A stretch of DNA of 59,205 bases from an uncultured Anaerolineales bacterium. GTDB taxonomy: Bacteria > Chloroflexota > Anaerolineae > UBA7937 > B3-Chlor. Under the pieces are notes generated by a model. The model worked only from the letters and a program-made list of their open reading frames with translations. It had not been told where the DNA came from and ran no database searches. The stretch covers positions 1 through 59,205 of the forward strand of contig CAYGAW010000053.1 in NCBI GenBank assembly GCA_964347945.1. The letters run 5' to 3'. The translations under genes and the position numbers were made by a program. Shown here piece by piece: positions 27,256-36,928 of the stretch (positions within the stretch are counted from its first letter, which is position 1; each line of letters opens with the position of its first letter).

Positions 27256-28356
27256 CTAACCCTCTGCTTCTCCCGACGGTTCCTCCGAACCCGCCGTCGA
27301 CTGACGATGCTCCTTTTCGCTTGCTTCGCGAAGTTCGCTGACAGGCCAACGCACGGGAGGAAGGCCGGCCCGTTGGCGAACTTTGTCACTGATCTCCTGT
27401 GCTACCGAGGGATTCTCCCGCAGGAAGTCCTTGGCGTTCTCCCGGCCCTGTCCTAGCCTCGTGTCGCCATAGGAGAAGTAGGCTCCCCTCTTGTCCACGA
27501 GCCCCATGTCCACGCCGACGTCAATGAGATCACCCTCTCGAGAGATACCTTCGTCGTACATGATGTCAAACTCCGCCGACTTGAAGGGAGGTGCCACCTT
27601 ATTCTTCTTCACCCAAACCTTCGTCCGGTTGCCGATCACCTCGGTTCCAGCCTTGATGGACTGCACCCGTCGAATATCCAGACGCACCGAAGAATAGAAC
27701 TTCAAGGCACGTCCCCCGGGTGTCGTCTCTGGGCTGCCAAAGAGAACTCCCACCTTCATTCGCAGCTGGTTGGTGAAGATCACGGCGGTCTTGGAACGCT
27801 TGATGGCCCCCGTCAGCTTCCGCAGGGCCTGGGACATCAGCCGCGCCTGCAACGCCACGTGCTGGTCACCCATCTCCCCTTCGATCTCAGCCCTGGGCAC
27901 CAGTGCCGCCACTGAGTCCACAACCACCACGTCTATCGCTCCGCTACGCACGAGAGCCTCGGTGATCTCCAGTGCCTGCTCTGCGGTGTCCGGTTGGGAG
28001 ATGAGCAACTCCTCGATGTCCACCCCACACTTGGCGGCGTAGATAGGATCGAGGACGTGTTCCACATCTATGAAGGCCGCAATGCCCCCATCACGCTGGG
28101 CCTCAGCAATGATATGTTGGCAAAGGGTAGTCTTGCCTGAACCCTCGGGGCCGAATATCTCGGCCACCCTCCCGCGAGGTATGCCTCCCACGCCCAGTGC
28201 GATGTCCAGGCCCATAGACCCTGTGGGTATGACCTCCACATCCATACCCGGGGCCTCTCCCAGTTTCATCACAGCTCCGTCGCCATACCGCTTCGTTAGC
28301 TGTGAGAGGGTAATCTCTAGCGCCTTCTCGCGACCCTCTTTCTCCGCCATTGACAC
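27256..28356 (-). CDS. recA: recombinase RecA
   Basis: Walker [21 protein letters not shown], and L1/L2 regions. Has a C-terminal acidic/Ser-rich extension. Confidence 0.98.
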   Translation of the reverse strand: MSMAEKEGREKALEITLSQLTKRYGDGAVMKLGEAPGMDVEVIPTGSMGLDIALGVGGIPRGRVAEIFGPEGSGKTTLCQHIIAEAQRDGGIAAFIDVEHVLDPIYAAKCGVDIEELLISQPDTAEQALEITEALVRSGAIDVVVVDSVAALVPRAEIEGEMGDQHVALQARLMSQALRKLTGAIKRSKTAVIFTNQLRMKVGVLFGSPETTPGGRALKFYSSVRLDIRRVQSIKAGTEVIGNRTKVWVKKNKVAPPFKSAEFDIMYDEGISREGDLIDVGVDMGLVDKRGAYFSYGDTRLGQGRENAKDFLRENPSVAQEISDKVRQRAGLPPVRWPVSELREASEKEHRQSTAGSEEPSGEAEG

Positions 28357-28419
28357 TCCCTCCGGGTTCGCCCCTAGTAATTGAGTTTACTCCAAACCAT
28401 AACAAAAGGCAAACGCGTT

Positions 28420-28433
28420 AGAACTTATGTTCT
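28420..28433. promoter_or_regulatory. LexA (Cheo-type) SOS box AGAACTTATGTTCT at recA
   Basis: Perfect GAAC-N4-GTTC abutting the downstream edge of the recA -10 element. Confidence 0.7.
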
Positions 28434-28462
28434 ATTATACCACAAAAGGCCGCAACCTGCAA
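28434..28462 (-). promoter_or_regulatory. recA promoter TTGCAG-17-TGgTATAAT (extended -10)
   Basis: Minus strand TTGCAG (28457..28462), 17-nt spacer ending in TGG, TATAAT (28434..28439). Confidence 0.5.
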
Positions 28463-28493
28463 ACTGTGATATACTCTAAGCCGAAACAGAACG

Positions 28494-30911
28494 ATGCACG
28501 AGATTGAACGGTTCATTCCTGACAAGCCGAACGAAGAGCAAATCCCCCTGGAGCGTTATCTGCAACCTCTACCGCGCAACGTGGTAGCAGCGTATGTCGT
28601 CGAGTGCACCAATCCGGGCAATCTCGTCATGGACCCTTTCCCGCAAAGGGGTACGCTGTTGGTCGAAGCGGCTGCCAGCGGAAGGAGGGGCATCGCCGCC
28701 AGCTTCAACCCGGTCCGCACCCTGCTCGTGCACGGTATCCTGACCCTCCCCTCGCCACACGAGATCGATGCCGCGACCGTGCGACTGGGCGACAGTCTGA
28801 AAAGAGGTATTCCGCTGCGGGAGCACATCAACCAGCTATACGCCAGCTCCTGTCACCACTGTGCGCGTCCCCTCGTCGTCGATTATTTCCTCTGGCATGG
28901 AGAAGACGACAGGCCAGTGGAGAAGTACTATCACTGCACGCACTGCGACGCCGAAGGCCGATTCCCTGTCGAGGACACTGACCTCACTGTGCTGGACAGC
29001 GTGGAGAAGCAAGGAGTCCACTACTGGTATCTTCTGGAGAGGCTGGCTCAGCCTCATGAGCCAGAACGGAAGCTGGCCGAGGAACTTCTGAACCTCTACA
29101 CTCCGCGGAATCTCTACGCCTTGACGGACCTCTCTATGAAGATAGAGACCCTCTTTGTCGATTCACCGCTGCAGAATGCGCTGCAGTTGATCCTAGTGCA
29201 GTGCTTCGACACCTGCAGCAAGCTCGGCGCCTCCCCCCTGCCCAGACCCACGGTGCTCCACCTGCGTCCGCCGACCAGATTCATGGAGCGAAACGTATGG
29301 CATGCCTTCGAAGAGGCGTACCGGTTGGTACGCCTCCTATCGCCGTCCGGGCCAATGGCTGTCACCACCGACACCGAGAGCCTCGTGGGCGAAGCGGAGG
29401 CGGAGGTAAGCGTGATCAACGAACCACTCCACAGAGTGGCCGCCAGGCTGCCACCCTCCAGCGTGAGCTTGGTCGTTGCCGCACCTCCTCCCTACTATCG
29501 CCCCTTCTGGACGCTCTCCTACTTATGGAGCGGCTGGCTGTGGGGTAGAGAAAAGGCAACACTCCTGAAACCCTTGCTGAGGCGGAAGATGATGGGCTGG
29601 TCGTGGTACCGAAGAAGTCTGGGTGCGGCCCTGAAGACTCTCCACCGCCCCCTTCGACCCCAGGGTAGCATGATCTTCATTCTCGAGCGGGCTAGTCTGA
29701 CCCACATCAATAACGTGATACTGGCCGCCGTGGGGGCGGCATTCAAGCTACGGAGGATCTTGTACCAGCCAGAAGATGTGCATCCCCCCGAGGAACCCAT
29801 GCAGGGTGTGGACGGAGCGTATCGCCTCACCTTTACCAGAGATGATGGACCCGGCCAGGATCTGGACGACCTGTCGCCTGGTGCCGTGGCTCTGGCCCTG
29901 CAGGAGGCAGCACTGAGGGCAGCCCGGGAGTTGCTCAGGGAGCGAGGCGAGGCACTCCACTTCGGTTGGCTCCACAGCGCCATCTACCAGCGATGGAGCC
30001 GGGACGGTTTGCTGACACAAGCGCTCGCCCTCGGCGAGCGTGTCTCCATGCCTGATTTCCTCGACGAGCAGATGGAGAGCGCTCTACAGGAGGCGTTGGC
30101 AAGGGAGGTGTTGGAACTCCTGCCTAAGGATGCAGACGAAGCGAGCGGTGCTGTTCAATGGTGGATGAAGGCAAAGGGTTATCCGCCACGCCCCTTGGCG
30201 GATCGGTTGGAGCGAGCGGTCTATCAGATTCTCACGGACGGACGTGACTGCAGCCACGAAGACCTCTGCGACGACATCTATTCTCGCTTTCCGGGTATCT
30301 TCACCCCTCCGCCTGGCCTCGTCCAAGCCTGCATAGACTCCTATGCACAGCGTGACGATGCCTCGGATAAGTGCAATCTCCGACCAGAGGAAGAGGCGAC
30401 GAGTCTCGCCGAAGAGAGGGTGGAAGGCCTGAAGTTGCTGATGCAGGTGGGACAGCGCCTTGGCTATCAGGTGTCCCTGTCCAAGCGACGTGTGCCGCAG
30501 CTCTCCACTGGCACAGACCCCATCTCGCGAGTTCGTTTGCCCAGGGGTTTGGATGTCAGTTGGGACAGCGAATGGGCGGGCCTCCACACCTTTGCCTTCA
30601 AGCAAACGACCAGGTTCGGCGACATCCTCAGTCACGGAGGCCAGGATCACAGCGAGTCGCACCGGTACATCCTCATCGCCGACCGTCGGCTGGATCTGCT
30701 GCGGTTCAGAATCGAGAGTGAGTTCCTGTTGCGAAGAGCGCTGAACGAAGGGGAGTGGCAGTTCATCAAGCTGAAGCACCTCAGGGACCTGGGCACCAAG
30801 AAGCACCTCGATCGCCCCGATTTGGACCAGATCATAGGGCTGGAACCCCTCATCGAGCGGCCGGAAGCGCAGCTGCCCCTGTTCCCGCCCTCAGAGTTCG
30901 AAAGCGATTGA
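28494..30911 (+). CDS. large hypothetical protein: amino-methyltransferase-like fold with degenerate motifs I and IV, inserted CxxC...CxxC Zn-ribbon, and an unknown ~450-aa C-terminal region
   Basis: LVMDPFPQRGTLLVEAAASGRRGIAASFNP (motif I-like), CHHCARP...CTHCDAEG, SLVVAAPPPYY (motif IV-like, no D/N/S). Confidence refers to the ORF being real, not to any function. Confidence 0.7.
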   Translation: MHEIERFIPDKPNEEQIPLERYLQPLPRNVVAAYVVECTNPGNLVMDPFPQRGTLLVEAAASGRRGIAASFNPVRTLLVHGILTLPSPHEIDAATVRLGDSLKRGIPLREHINQLYASSCHHCARPLVVDYFLWHGEDDRPVEKYYHCTHCDAEGRFPVEDTDLTVLDSVEKQGVHYWYLLERLAQPHEPERKLAEELLNLYTPRNLYALTDLSMKIETLFVDSPLQNALQLILVQCFDTCSKLGASPLPRPTVLHLRPPTRFMERNVWHAFEEAYRLVRLLSPSGPMAVTTDTESLVGEAEAEVSVINEPLHRVAARLPPSSVSLVVAAPPPYYRPFWTLSYLWSGWLWGREKATLLKPLLRRKMMGWSWYRRSLGAALKTLHRPLRPQGSMIFILERASLTHINNVILAAVGAAFKLRRILYQPEDVHPPEEPMQGVDGAYRLTFTRDDGPGQDLDDLSPGAVALALQEAALRAARELLRERGEALHFGWLHSAIYQRWSRDGLLTQALALGERVSMPDFLDEQMESALQEALAREVLELLPKDADEASGAVQWWMKAKGYPPRPLADRLERAVYQILTDGRDCSHEDLCDDIYSRFPGIFTPPPGLVQACIDSYAQRDDASDKCNLRPEEEATSLAEERVEGLKLLMQVGQRLGYQVSLSKRRVPQLSTGTDPISRVRLPRGLDVSWDSEWAGLHTFAFKQTTRFGDILSHGGQDHSESHRYILIADRRLDLLRFRIESEFLLRRALNEGEWQFIKLKHLRDLGTKKHLDRPDLDQIIGLEPLIERPEAQLPLFPPSEFESD

Positions 30912-30929
30912 AGGCAGCCAGGACGAGGG

Positions 30930-31598
30930 ATGAGGGACAAGGTCATACTGTCGTGGAGCGGTGGAAAAGATGCCGCCCTCGCGTTTCGCGAATTGCAGAG
31001 GAGGGAACAGTACGAGCTAATCGCTCTCCTAACCGTCGTGACCGAGGAGTATGACAGGATCAGCATGCACGGCGTTCCGCGAGTTCTCCTGCACCGGCAG
31101 GCTGATTCCCTTGGCCTTCCCCTGGAAACGATCTCCATTTCGAAGAGCGCCTCCAACGAGGGATACGAACGTGCCATGCGTGAGCTCTTGGAGAAGTACC
31201 TGACCCTCGGCGTCTCCTCCGTCGCTTTCGGAGACATCTTCCTGGAGGACGTTCGGAGCTACAGGGAGCACAATCTGGCCAAGGTCGGCATGAAAGCGGT
31301 GTTTCCGCTGTGGCAGAGGGATACTGGTCCACTCGCGCAGACCTTCATAGACCTGGGCTTCGAAGCGGTCGTCACCTGCGTCGACTCTAGCATGCTCGAT
31401 GGGTCCTTCGCGGGTCGGGATTTCGATGAGCGATTCCTGTCCGATTTGCCTGTTCACGTGGATCCCTGCGGCGAGAATGGAGAGTTCCACACCTTCGTGT
31501 ACGCCGGACCCATCTTCACTGACTCGATACCGCTCGAGAAGGGAGAAGTCGTTCTCAGAGATGACCGCTTCTACTACTGCGATCTGCTTTCCGCATAG
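30930..31598 (+). CDS. PP-loop ATP pyrophosphatase of the DUF71 / MJ0570 / Dph6 (diphthine-ammonia ligase-like) family
   Basis: VILSWSGGKDAALA PP-loop, GDIFLEDVRSYRE, PCGENGEFHTFV. 19 nt downstream of the 805-aa gene. Confidence 0.85.
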   Translation: MRDKVILSWSGGKDAALAFRELQRREQYELIALLTVVTEEYDRISMHGVPRVLLHRQADSLGLPLETISISKSASNEGYERAMRELLEKYLTLGVSSVAFGDIFLEDVRSYREHNLAKVGMKAVFPLWQRDTGPLAQTFIDLGFEAVVTCVDSSMLDGSFAGRDFDERFLSDLPVHVDPCGENGEFHTFVYAGPIFTDSIPLEKGEVVLRDDRFYYCDLLSA

Positions 31599-31776
31599 TG
31601 CTGCCGAGGGCCTTCCGCCTGCGCCCAGCGCTGGTTGAGTAGCTTCGCAGCGAAGCGGAGAAGCGTATCGAAACCAAGCGGCTTCCCACACATAACCGAT
31701 TCCCAACAGCCCCTCGGTCTGGTCCCGATACGGCCCTTCGGGCCTACTCGACCGGCGTCTGACCCGCGCTCGACGC

Positions 31777-31819
31777 AAAAAAAGGGCAGGGTGTCGCCCA
31801 TCGAGCGATCACCCTGCCC
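31777..31819 (-). terminator. intrinsic terminator downstream of the 673-aa exported-protein gene
   Basis: Minus strand GGGCAGGGTG-N16-CACCCTGCCC followed by T7. Confidence 0.65.
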
Positions 31820-31865
31820 CTACTCGTCCAGCAGTCTTGTTAACTTCGAATCTTGGCCCTCAAAT

Positions 31866-33887
31866 CTACGGCAGGACGTCTATATTGATGATCAGAAACG
31901 CCCGGTCGACATTGAATTCGTCCTTGCACCAGAAGCCGGACAACCCCTCGGCCGGCCCACCGTCGACCACGTTTGCCGCAGCTTTGGTGACAGCGTTTTG
32001 GCAGATGAGGGTGTCAGCGTCGAACATATCCCAGTCAGTCAGTGAGATGCCAATGGTCAGGTCTTCATCATTAGCCAGATGAACCGTCATGGTGTCCTGA
32101 CCCTCGAACAGATCTGCTATGGGTATCCCAGGCCAGACATGGTTGCTGTCGATCAATGCGGTCGGATCGACCGTTATGACCCACGGCTCCCCTGGCGCGG
32201 GCAGCGGCGGCGGCTCCCTCTCGATCCGCTCGCCGTTGGCGTATATGCTGCCGTACCAGACCTCCACTTCGCAGTTCGTACAACCAGGATCGGGAGCGGG
32301 GCAATCGTTGGGGATGCAAAGGGTCCACAGCCCTTCCCAGCCCCCGGGAAGCATGCTCACTTCCACCACTTTCGTGCAGGGGTCCCCCAGCAACACCTCG
32401 GAGTCGCTGTGTAGTGATTCCGGCCCCACGCCAAGCACGCCCTCGTACGCCGTCAGCGTGAAGGCCCACACCCCGTCGCACCAGGGGGTTACGTCCTCCT
32501 CGTTGACCTGCATAAAGCGGAGGTTGCGGCCCGGTTGCTCGTACAGAAGGACACCGTCTCGGTACAGCCTGAACCCTTCCGCCGGTTGCGTGGGGTCGTC
32601 GTCCCAACTCCAGGTGAAGTAGTGGCCAAAGACCATGTCATAGTTGTACTGCAGGTCGTACGGTCGATTGATCTCCGGCGCGGGGTCACAAGAGCCCAAA
32701 CAGATGCGGTACACAACCCTGAACGACCCGACCCCTCCTTCGGAGTACACTTCGATGGGGTCGCCGTTCCAATTGGCCTCGGGGTGCTCCCTCGTGAAGC
32801 TACCCAGGTCGCGCGGTATCAACTCGCCAGGGGAGAAGCCCCAGCAGTCCGCGAACACGCTCACGGTGTCTCCAGGGGTCACGGCTACGGGGCGACTATT
32901 CGCGCCGCTCAATTCAGACGCGATGTCCCAGTAGTTCTGGTCCGGAGGGCCCACGTGGTCGAGGTAGTCGGTGGTATCTATGGGGACCCTCTCCATCGCG
33001 TCCTCCAACTGGACGTTGCAGTACACCGCCAGATACCACTGATCGGTCTCCAACTCCAGAGCCTCGAACTCCAGCGCCACGGGTGGTGGTGGCGGGTCCG
33101 GCGGGTCCGCTGGAGGAGCTGGCGGATCTGGTGCAGGGTCAGGTGGCGGCTCTCCTGGAGGCGGGTCCTCATCCGGAGGAGGCGACTCCTCGTCCACAGA
33201 CGGGGGCTCCACCTCGGGCGGCAGCTCCGGCGGGACGTCACCGCCCGGCGGGGTGTCACCGGTGCCTTCATCCTCAGCTATGTAGGGAACGTACAGCACT
33301 TGACCCGGCGTCAGCGGCACCGCTGGATCCACCCCTGGGGTACAGGCCAATATGTCCTCCACCGTCACTTCGTATCCGGCAGCGATGCCCTCCAGCGTCT
33401 CGCCCTCCTGCACCTCATGGATCAGCACCGGAACGCCTGCACACCCCTCAGCAGGCATCTCGGTGGGTACGTCGGGTCCCTGTACCGCGTTGACGCTGAT
33501 GGAGGCCTGACCCGAGGCATCGGCCATGTTGTAGCCCCTCACCGTGATGGTGTGGTTGCCCGGGGTCGTGGGTTCCCAATTGGCCATCAACGGGAACGGG
33601 TTCGTCCCGTCGGGCAAAGCGCTAGCCTGCGATATGACAAACTGGCCATCAACCCACAACTCCATACGGGCAATGCCGCTCGGATCCTGCCCCGTGGCGA
33701 AGATCTGAACTGCCTGCCCCACTACCACCTCGTCTCCCTGGCGAGGGCTGTCAATCGAGACCGTCGGTTCCACCGCGGCCTCTGCCGTGGGCACGTTGAG
33801 CCAGTAGTACAAGGCAGCCAGTGCGCCCACAACCAAGCACAAAACGACGAGCACGATGACGATGACGGCTATCCATCTTCCGCTCAT
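31866..33887 (-). CDS. membrane-anchored exported protein: Ig-like domain, LysM domain, Pro-rich linker, Cys-containing C-terminal region of unknown fold
   Basis: N-terminal TM (WIAVIVIVLVVLCLVVGALAALYYW). Big-like block (ARMELWVDG...GNHTITVRGYN). LysM (HEVQEGETLEGIAAGYEVTVEDILACTPG...GQVLYVP). PPELPPEVEPP...PPDPPPPP linker. Confidence 0.8.
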   Translation of the reverse strand: MSGRWIAVIVIVLVVLCLVVGALAALYYWLNVPTAEAAVEPTVSIDSPRQGDEVVVGQAVQIFATGQDPSGIARMELWVDGQFVISQASALPDGTNPFPLMANWEPTTPGNHTITVRGYNMADASGQASISVNAVQGPDVPTEMPAEGCAGVPVLIHEVQEGETLEGIAAGYEVTVEDILACTPGVDPAVPLTPGQVLYVPYIAEDEGTGDTPPGGDVPPELPPEVEPPSVDEESPPPDEDPPPGEPPPDPAPDPPAPPADPPDPPPPPVALEFEALELETDQWYLAVYCNVQLEDAMERVPIDTTDYLDHVGPPDQNYWDIASELSGANSRPVAVTPGDTVSVFADCWGFSPGELIPRDLGSFTREHPEANWNGDPIEVYSEGGVGSFRVVYRICLGSCDPAPEINRPYDLQYNYDMVFGHYFTWSWDDDPTQPAEGFRLYRDGVLLYEQPGRNLRFMQVNEEDVTPWCDGVWAFTLTAYEGVLGVGPESLHSDSEVLLGDPCTKVVEVSMLPGGWEGLWTLCIPNDCPAPDPGCTNCEVEVWYGSIYANGERIEREPPPLPAPGEPWVITVDPTALIDSNHVWPGIPIADLFEGQDTMTVHLANDEDLTIGISLTDWDMFDADTLICQNAVTKAAANVVDGGPAEGLSGFWCKDEFNVDRAFLIINIDVLP

Positions 33888-34030
33888 CTAGAATCTCCTT
33901 TCATCCTCCCTCGAAGTGGGACTCCCTCCCACCAGTCAGCGAATTCGGCTAGACTCACTCTCCAAGGCCCTTTGGCTCATCACACCAAGCCTGGACCTCA
34001 ATGGTCAGTTTCAAGACCGCGCTTAACACC

Positions 34031-35257
34031 CTACTCAACGACGTAGCAGTATTGAACGGTGACGGTGCGCGTTGAGCTGTCGGATCGGTTGCCTACGCTA
34101 TCGAAGGCCTGGATGTAGTATTGCAAGGTTGACGTATTGCCATACCCGTAGCTCACAGGGGGGTTGAGGCTCAGCTCTAGGTCATTAGGCCCTATCGCTG
34201 CTGAGTGTATCCCCGTTTGAACCTGGCTCATGGGTTTCGCCTGCCACTGCCCAGCTGGCCTTCCTGCCTCGACAACCCGATAGGCCACCTTGACCGCAGA
34301 CACCCCCGACGGGTCGGTAACGTTGTAGGCGTTTATGCCAACCTCGATGGGGTACGTTGGCGTGCAAGAATCGTATTCATCCCAATAGATGAGGCCGGGG
34401 GAGTGACCAACTCGGCCTATCGCGGGCCCCTCCGTATCACCCGGGATCACCACCACGGTGATGCTCGCGGTGACCGGGCCACCATAGCCGTTCGCTACGA
34501 GTTCGTATGCTCTCGTGGAGGTGGGACACCTATCCTCGGAGCCAGGGTTTTCGGTCACACCCTGGCCATCGAAGTATATCTCAGTCGGGGCCTGCACTTG
34601 CCAGTCGAATCTGACGCACTCGCCCTTCGTGATCTGGGTCTTACTGACCTCGAACCTGGTGATCACGACCCGCAGCGGCGGTGTGGGTGTACTCGTTGGA
34701 GTAGAGGTCGGCGTGTTGGTGGGCACAGCGGTTGACGTAGGCGTGTGGGTCGGCACCGCCGTCGAAGTGGGTGTGGCGGTCGGCACCTCTGGCGGCACCT
34801 CGGTCTCCGTGGGCGTGGCCGTCGGCACCTCGGGAGGCGGTGGGGGCGGAGCAGGCTCCCCGCTGACGAAGACCGTCGACGGCTCCGACCAGGCCTGATT
34901 GTCCGCGTGGTCGGTCGTCACGCACTCCAACACGTACGTGCCTGGCGCTGGGGCCTGAAAGCTCAGCTCAGCGGTGAAGTACTCGTTTCCCGGGTCGGGG
35001 TTGGCGGCACCATTGGCGAAGGAGCCGTTCACCCATAACTCCCCCGAGGCTACCCCCCCAACGGCGAAGAAGTGGCACAGAACCGGGTTCTCCCCCAGGG
35101 GGATCTCGGCGCCGTCCGGCGGCCCGCCGACCCAGGCGTTGATCGTGGCGAGGGTCATCTTCATCGCCATGGGCTCCTCCTCACAAGAGGCCAGAACCAC
35201 GGCGGACACCAGGAACAGGCCCGCCACAATGGCCTTGACCCGTCGATTGTTGCTCAT
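34031..35257 (-). CDS. lipoprotein with Ig-like domains and a Pro/Thr-rich repeat linker
   Basis: Lipobox VVLASC. ELWVNG Ig-like block. PEVPTATPTETEVPPEVPTATPTSTAVPTHTPTSTAVPTNTPTSTPTSTPTPP. Confidence 0.8.
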   Translation of the reverse strand: MSNNRRVKAIVAGLFLVSAVVLASCEEEPMAMKMTLATINAWVGGPPDGAEIPLGENPVLCHFFAVGGVASGELWVNGSFANGAANPDPGNEYFTAELSFQAPAPGTYVLECVTTDHADNQAWSEPSTVFVSGEPAPPPPPPEVPTATPTETEVPPEVPTATPTSTAVPTHTPTSTAVPTNTPTSTPTSTPTPPLRVVITRFEVSKTQITKGECVRFDWQVQAPTEIYFDGQGVTENPGSEDRCPTSTRAYELVANGYGGPVTASITVVVIPGDTEGPAIGRVGHSPGLIYWDEYDSCTPTYPIEVGINAYNVTDPSGVSAVKVAYRVVEAGRPAGQWQAKPMSQVQTGIHSAAIGPNDLELSLNPPVSYGYGNTSTLQYYIQAFDSVGNRSDSSTRTVTVQYCYVVE

Positions 35258-35540
35258 AATGTCTGTCCTCCTTCTACTCTCTAGGATAGCGGATGAGCCG
35301 ATGGATTACCCCGAAAGGTGAAGCCCTTGCCTCTGGCTATGCTGCCTTATAGGGGAAATCCAATCCTGGTGCGAGACACACCGGTGAGGAACTGGCAACG
35401 AGGCGCGAACACCATCATTCACCGAGCGACCACACAACAGAATTGGCTGCCACGCTGTGCTGAGCACCCTCATAGCCTCCTCGCTGTAACCTCGCAGCCT
35501 CCAGTTAATGGCGGCAGTATATCATAACTCTGCTAGGCTG

Positions 35541-36101
35541 TCAAACCTGGCCAGCTGATGCCTGCCTGTGGAACTCCTGGATGGCTGCCTTCTGCACGGC
35601 GCTGGGCCGCACGAAGGGACGGACGCGACGAATGGAGGCCCAGGTTTGATCAGGCGTCAGCCCGCTGCACACCAGATACGCAGCCACAGTTGTGGCGGCC
35701 CGGCCCACGCCGCTGAGGCAGTGTACATACACACCCCGCCCTTCATCCAGTGCCTGACCGATGAAGGCACTCGCCGCCCCCAATTGCTGCAAGGTCGGTG
35801 GCGTGTCGTCCGCCGTGGGCAGCCAGAGATGCTTCTCCAAGGATACGCCACGCTCCCTGTCGTCAGAGCTTTCCCGCAGGCTGACGGTGGCGCCGATACC
35901 CAGATTCGCCATGCGCGCCAACCCATGACGGTAGTGTTGCCCGCCCAGGTACAGGTTGGGGGCGATACGGCTCGTCCTGGGCGGAGACATACCGGTGAGC
36001 AGCCGCAGGGCATGGTCAACCAGCCAAAGGAGGGTCACCCAGAGGCCCTGTTCCCGCAGGCGACTGATGAGGATGCCCAGCCCCTTGCGGATTCTGATCA
36101 T
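35541..36101 (-). CDS. dual-specificity / tyrosine protein phosphatase family protein
   Basis: P-loop VHCLSGVGRAAT (HCxxGxxR[S/T]) and LYLGG motif. Confidence 0.8.
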   Translation of the reverse strand: MIRIRKGLGILISRLREQGLWVTLLWLVDHALRLLTGMSPPRTSRIAPNLYLGGQHYRHGLARMANLGIGATVSLRESSDDRERGVSLEKHLWLPTADDTPPTLQQLGAASAFIGQALDEGRGVYVHCLSGVGRAATTVAAYLVCSGLTPDQTWASIRRVRPFVRPSAVQKAAIQEFHRQASAGQV

Positions 36102-36129
36102 CGAAGACTAGTGGATAGTGGCAGCGTTT

Positions 36130-36345
36130 CTAGCCGACGCTTCCTTCTTCAACGAGGAAGGCTATCTTCACGTCCACTCTGTACTCTGTGATTTTGCCGT
36201 CCTCGACCGCGACATTATGGCGCACGACGTCGGCGCCCACGATACCGCGAAGCGTCTCCGCTGCCTTGTTCACGGCGTTCTCGGTCGCCTCCTCCCAACT
36301 GTTGGGCGAGGTTCCCACCAGCTCGATCACCTTCAGTACCGGCAT
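36130..36345 (-). CDS. dodecin family flavin-binding protein
   Basis: KVIELVGTSPNSWEEATENAV...VEDGKITEYRVDVKIAF matches the dodecin pattern. Confidence 0.85.
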   Translation of the reverse strand: MPVLKVIELVGTSPNSWEEATENAVNKAAETLRGIVGADVVRHNVAVEDGKITEYRVDVKIAFLVEEGSVG

Positions 36346-36369
36346 CAGTATACCTCCTTCATCAGTTCT

Positions 36370-36801
36370 TCAGTGGACTGTTGACAAGTCCCTCACAAGG
36401 CCCGGGCTTTCCCGGGCCGGAACGGCCTCCTTGTTTTCCTGTGATCTCTGAGCATACTCGTCACCCCAGTATACTCGCCATTCGGAAATCAGACCATCTT
36501 TGACCTCCACTGTCCAAACAAGCGTTTCTCTTTCCTCTATCTCACGTGGAACATGGGAGCCTGTGGTCTGGCCAATGATCGCCACTCCATCGCCTCCTCG
36601 AAGCGCATGGAGAACATGTATCTTATGGTTGGGGAACTCCGCCAGGTACCCTGCCATGAATCCCTTTTCCATGTAGACTCTACCACGGATATCCGTGAAT
36701 TTGAGATCCTCCGAGATTAGCGAAGCTATGCCTGCAAGGTCTCCTTCATTTACGTACTCGATGAACCTGAGCACTGTCGCTCCAGGGGACGATTCAGCCA
36801 C
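36370..36801 (-). CDS. NTF2/SnoaL-like fold protein
   Basis: VLRFIEYVNEGDLAGIASLISEDLKF... and ...VKDGLISEWRVY are typical of SnoaL-like domains. Confidence 0.7.
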   Translation of the reverse strand: MAESSPGATVLRFIEYVNEGDLAGIASLISEDLKFTDIRGRVYMEKGFMAGYLAEFPNHKIHVLHALRGGDGVAIIGQTTGSHVPREIEERETLVWTVEVKDGLISEWRVYWGDEYAQRSQENKEAVPARESPGLVRDLSTVH

Positions 36802-36928
36802 TGGCCTTCCCTCCTATGCACAAGGAGCAGTTGGGCGCGTCTGCAACCGCACAACTGCCGCGATGCCCTACCGTTGGGGTATGCGCTTCCGCTCCAGGTG
36901 CTAGCATGAACGCCAACCACTGCTCGCG

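Noticed and set aside
30084-30806. 240-aa minus-strand ORF
   Set aside because: It lies inside, and antisense to, the 805-aa gene. No motifs, and no independent start signal.
32535-34046. 503-aa plus-strand ORF
   Set aside because: It is antisense to the motif-bearing 673-aa exported-protein gene (TM anchor, Ig-like, LysM). The translation is Arg/His/Gly-rich with no domain-like features, as expected for a shadow ORF in GC-rich DNA.
34680-34860. Imperfect tandem DNA repeats
   Set aside because: They are explained by the Pro/Thr-rich repeat linker of the lipoprotein gene (coding low complexity). They are not an independent repeat element.
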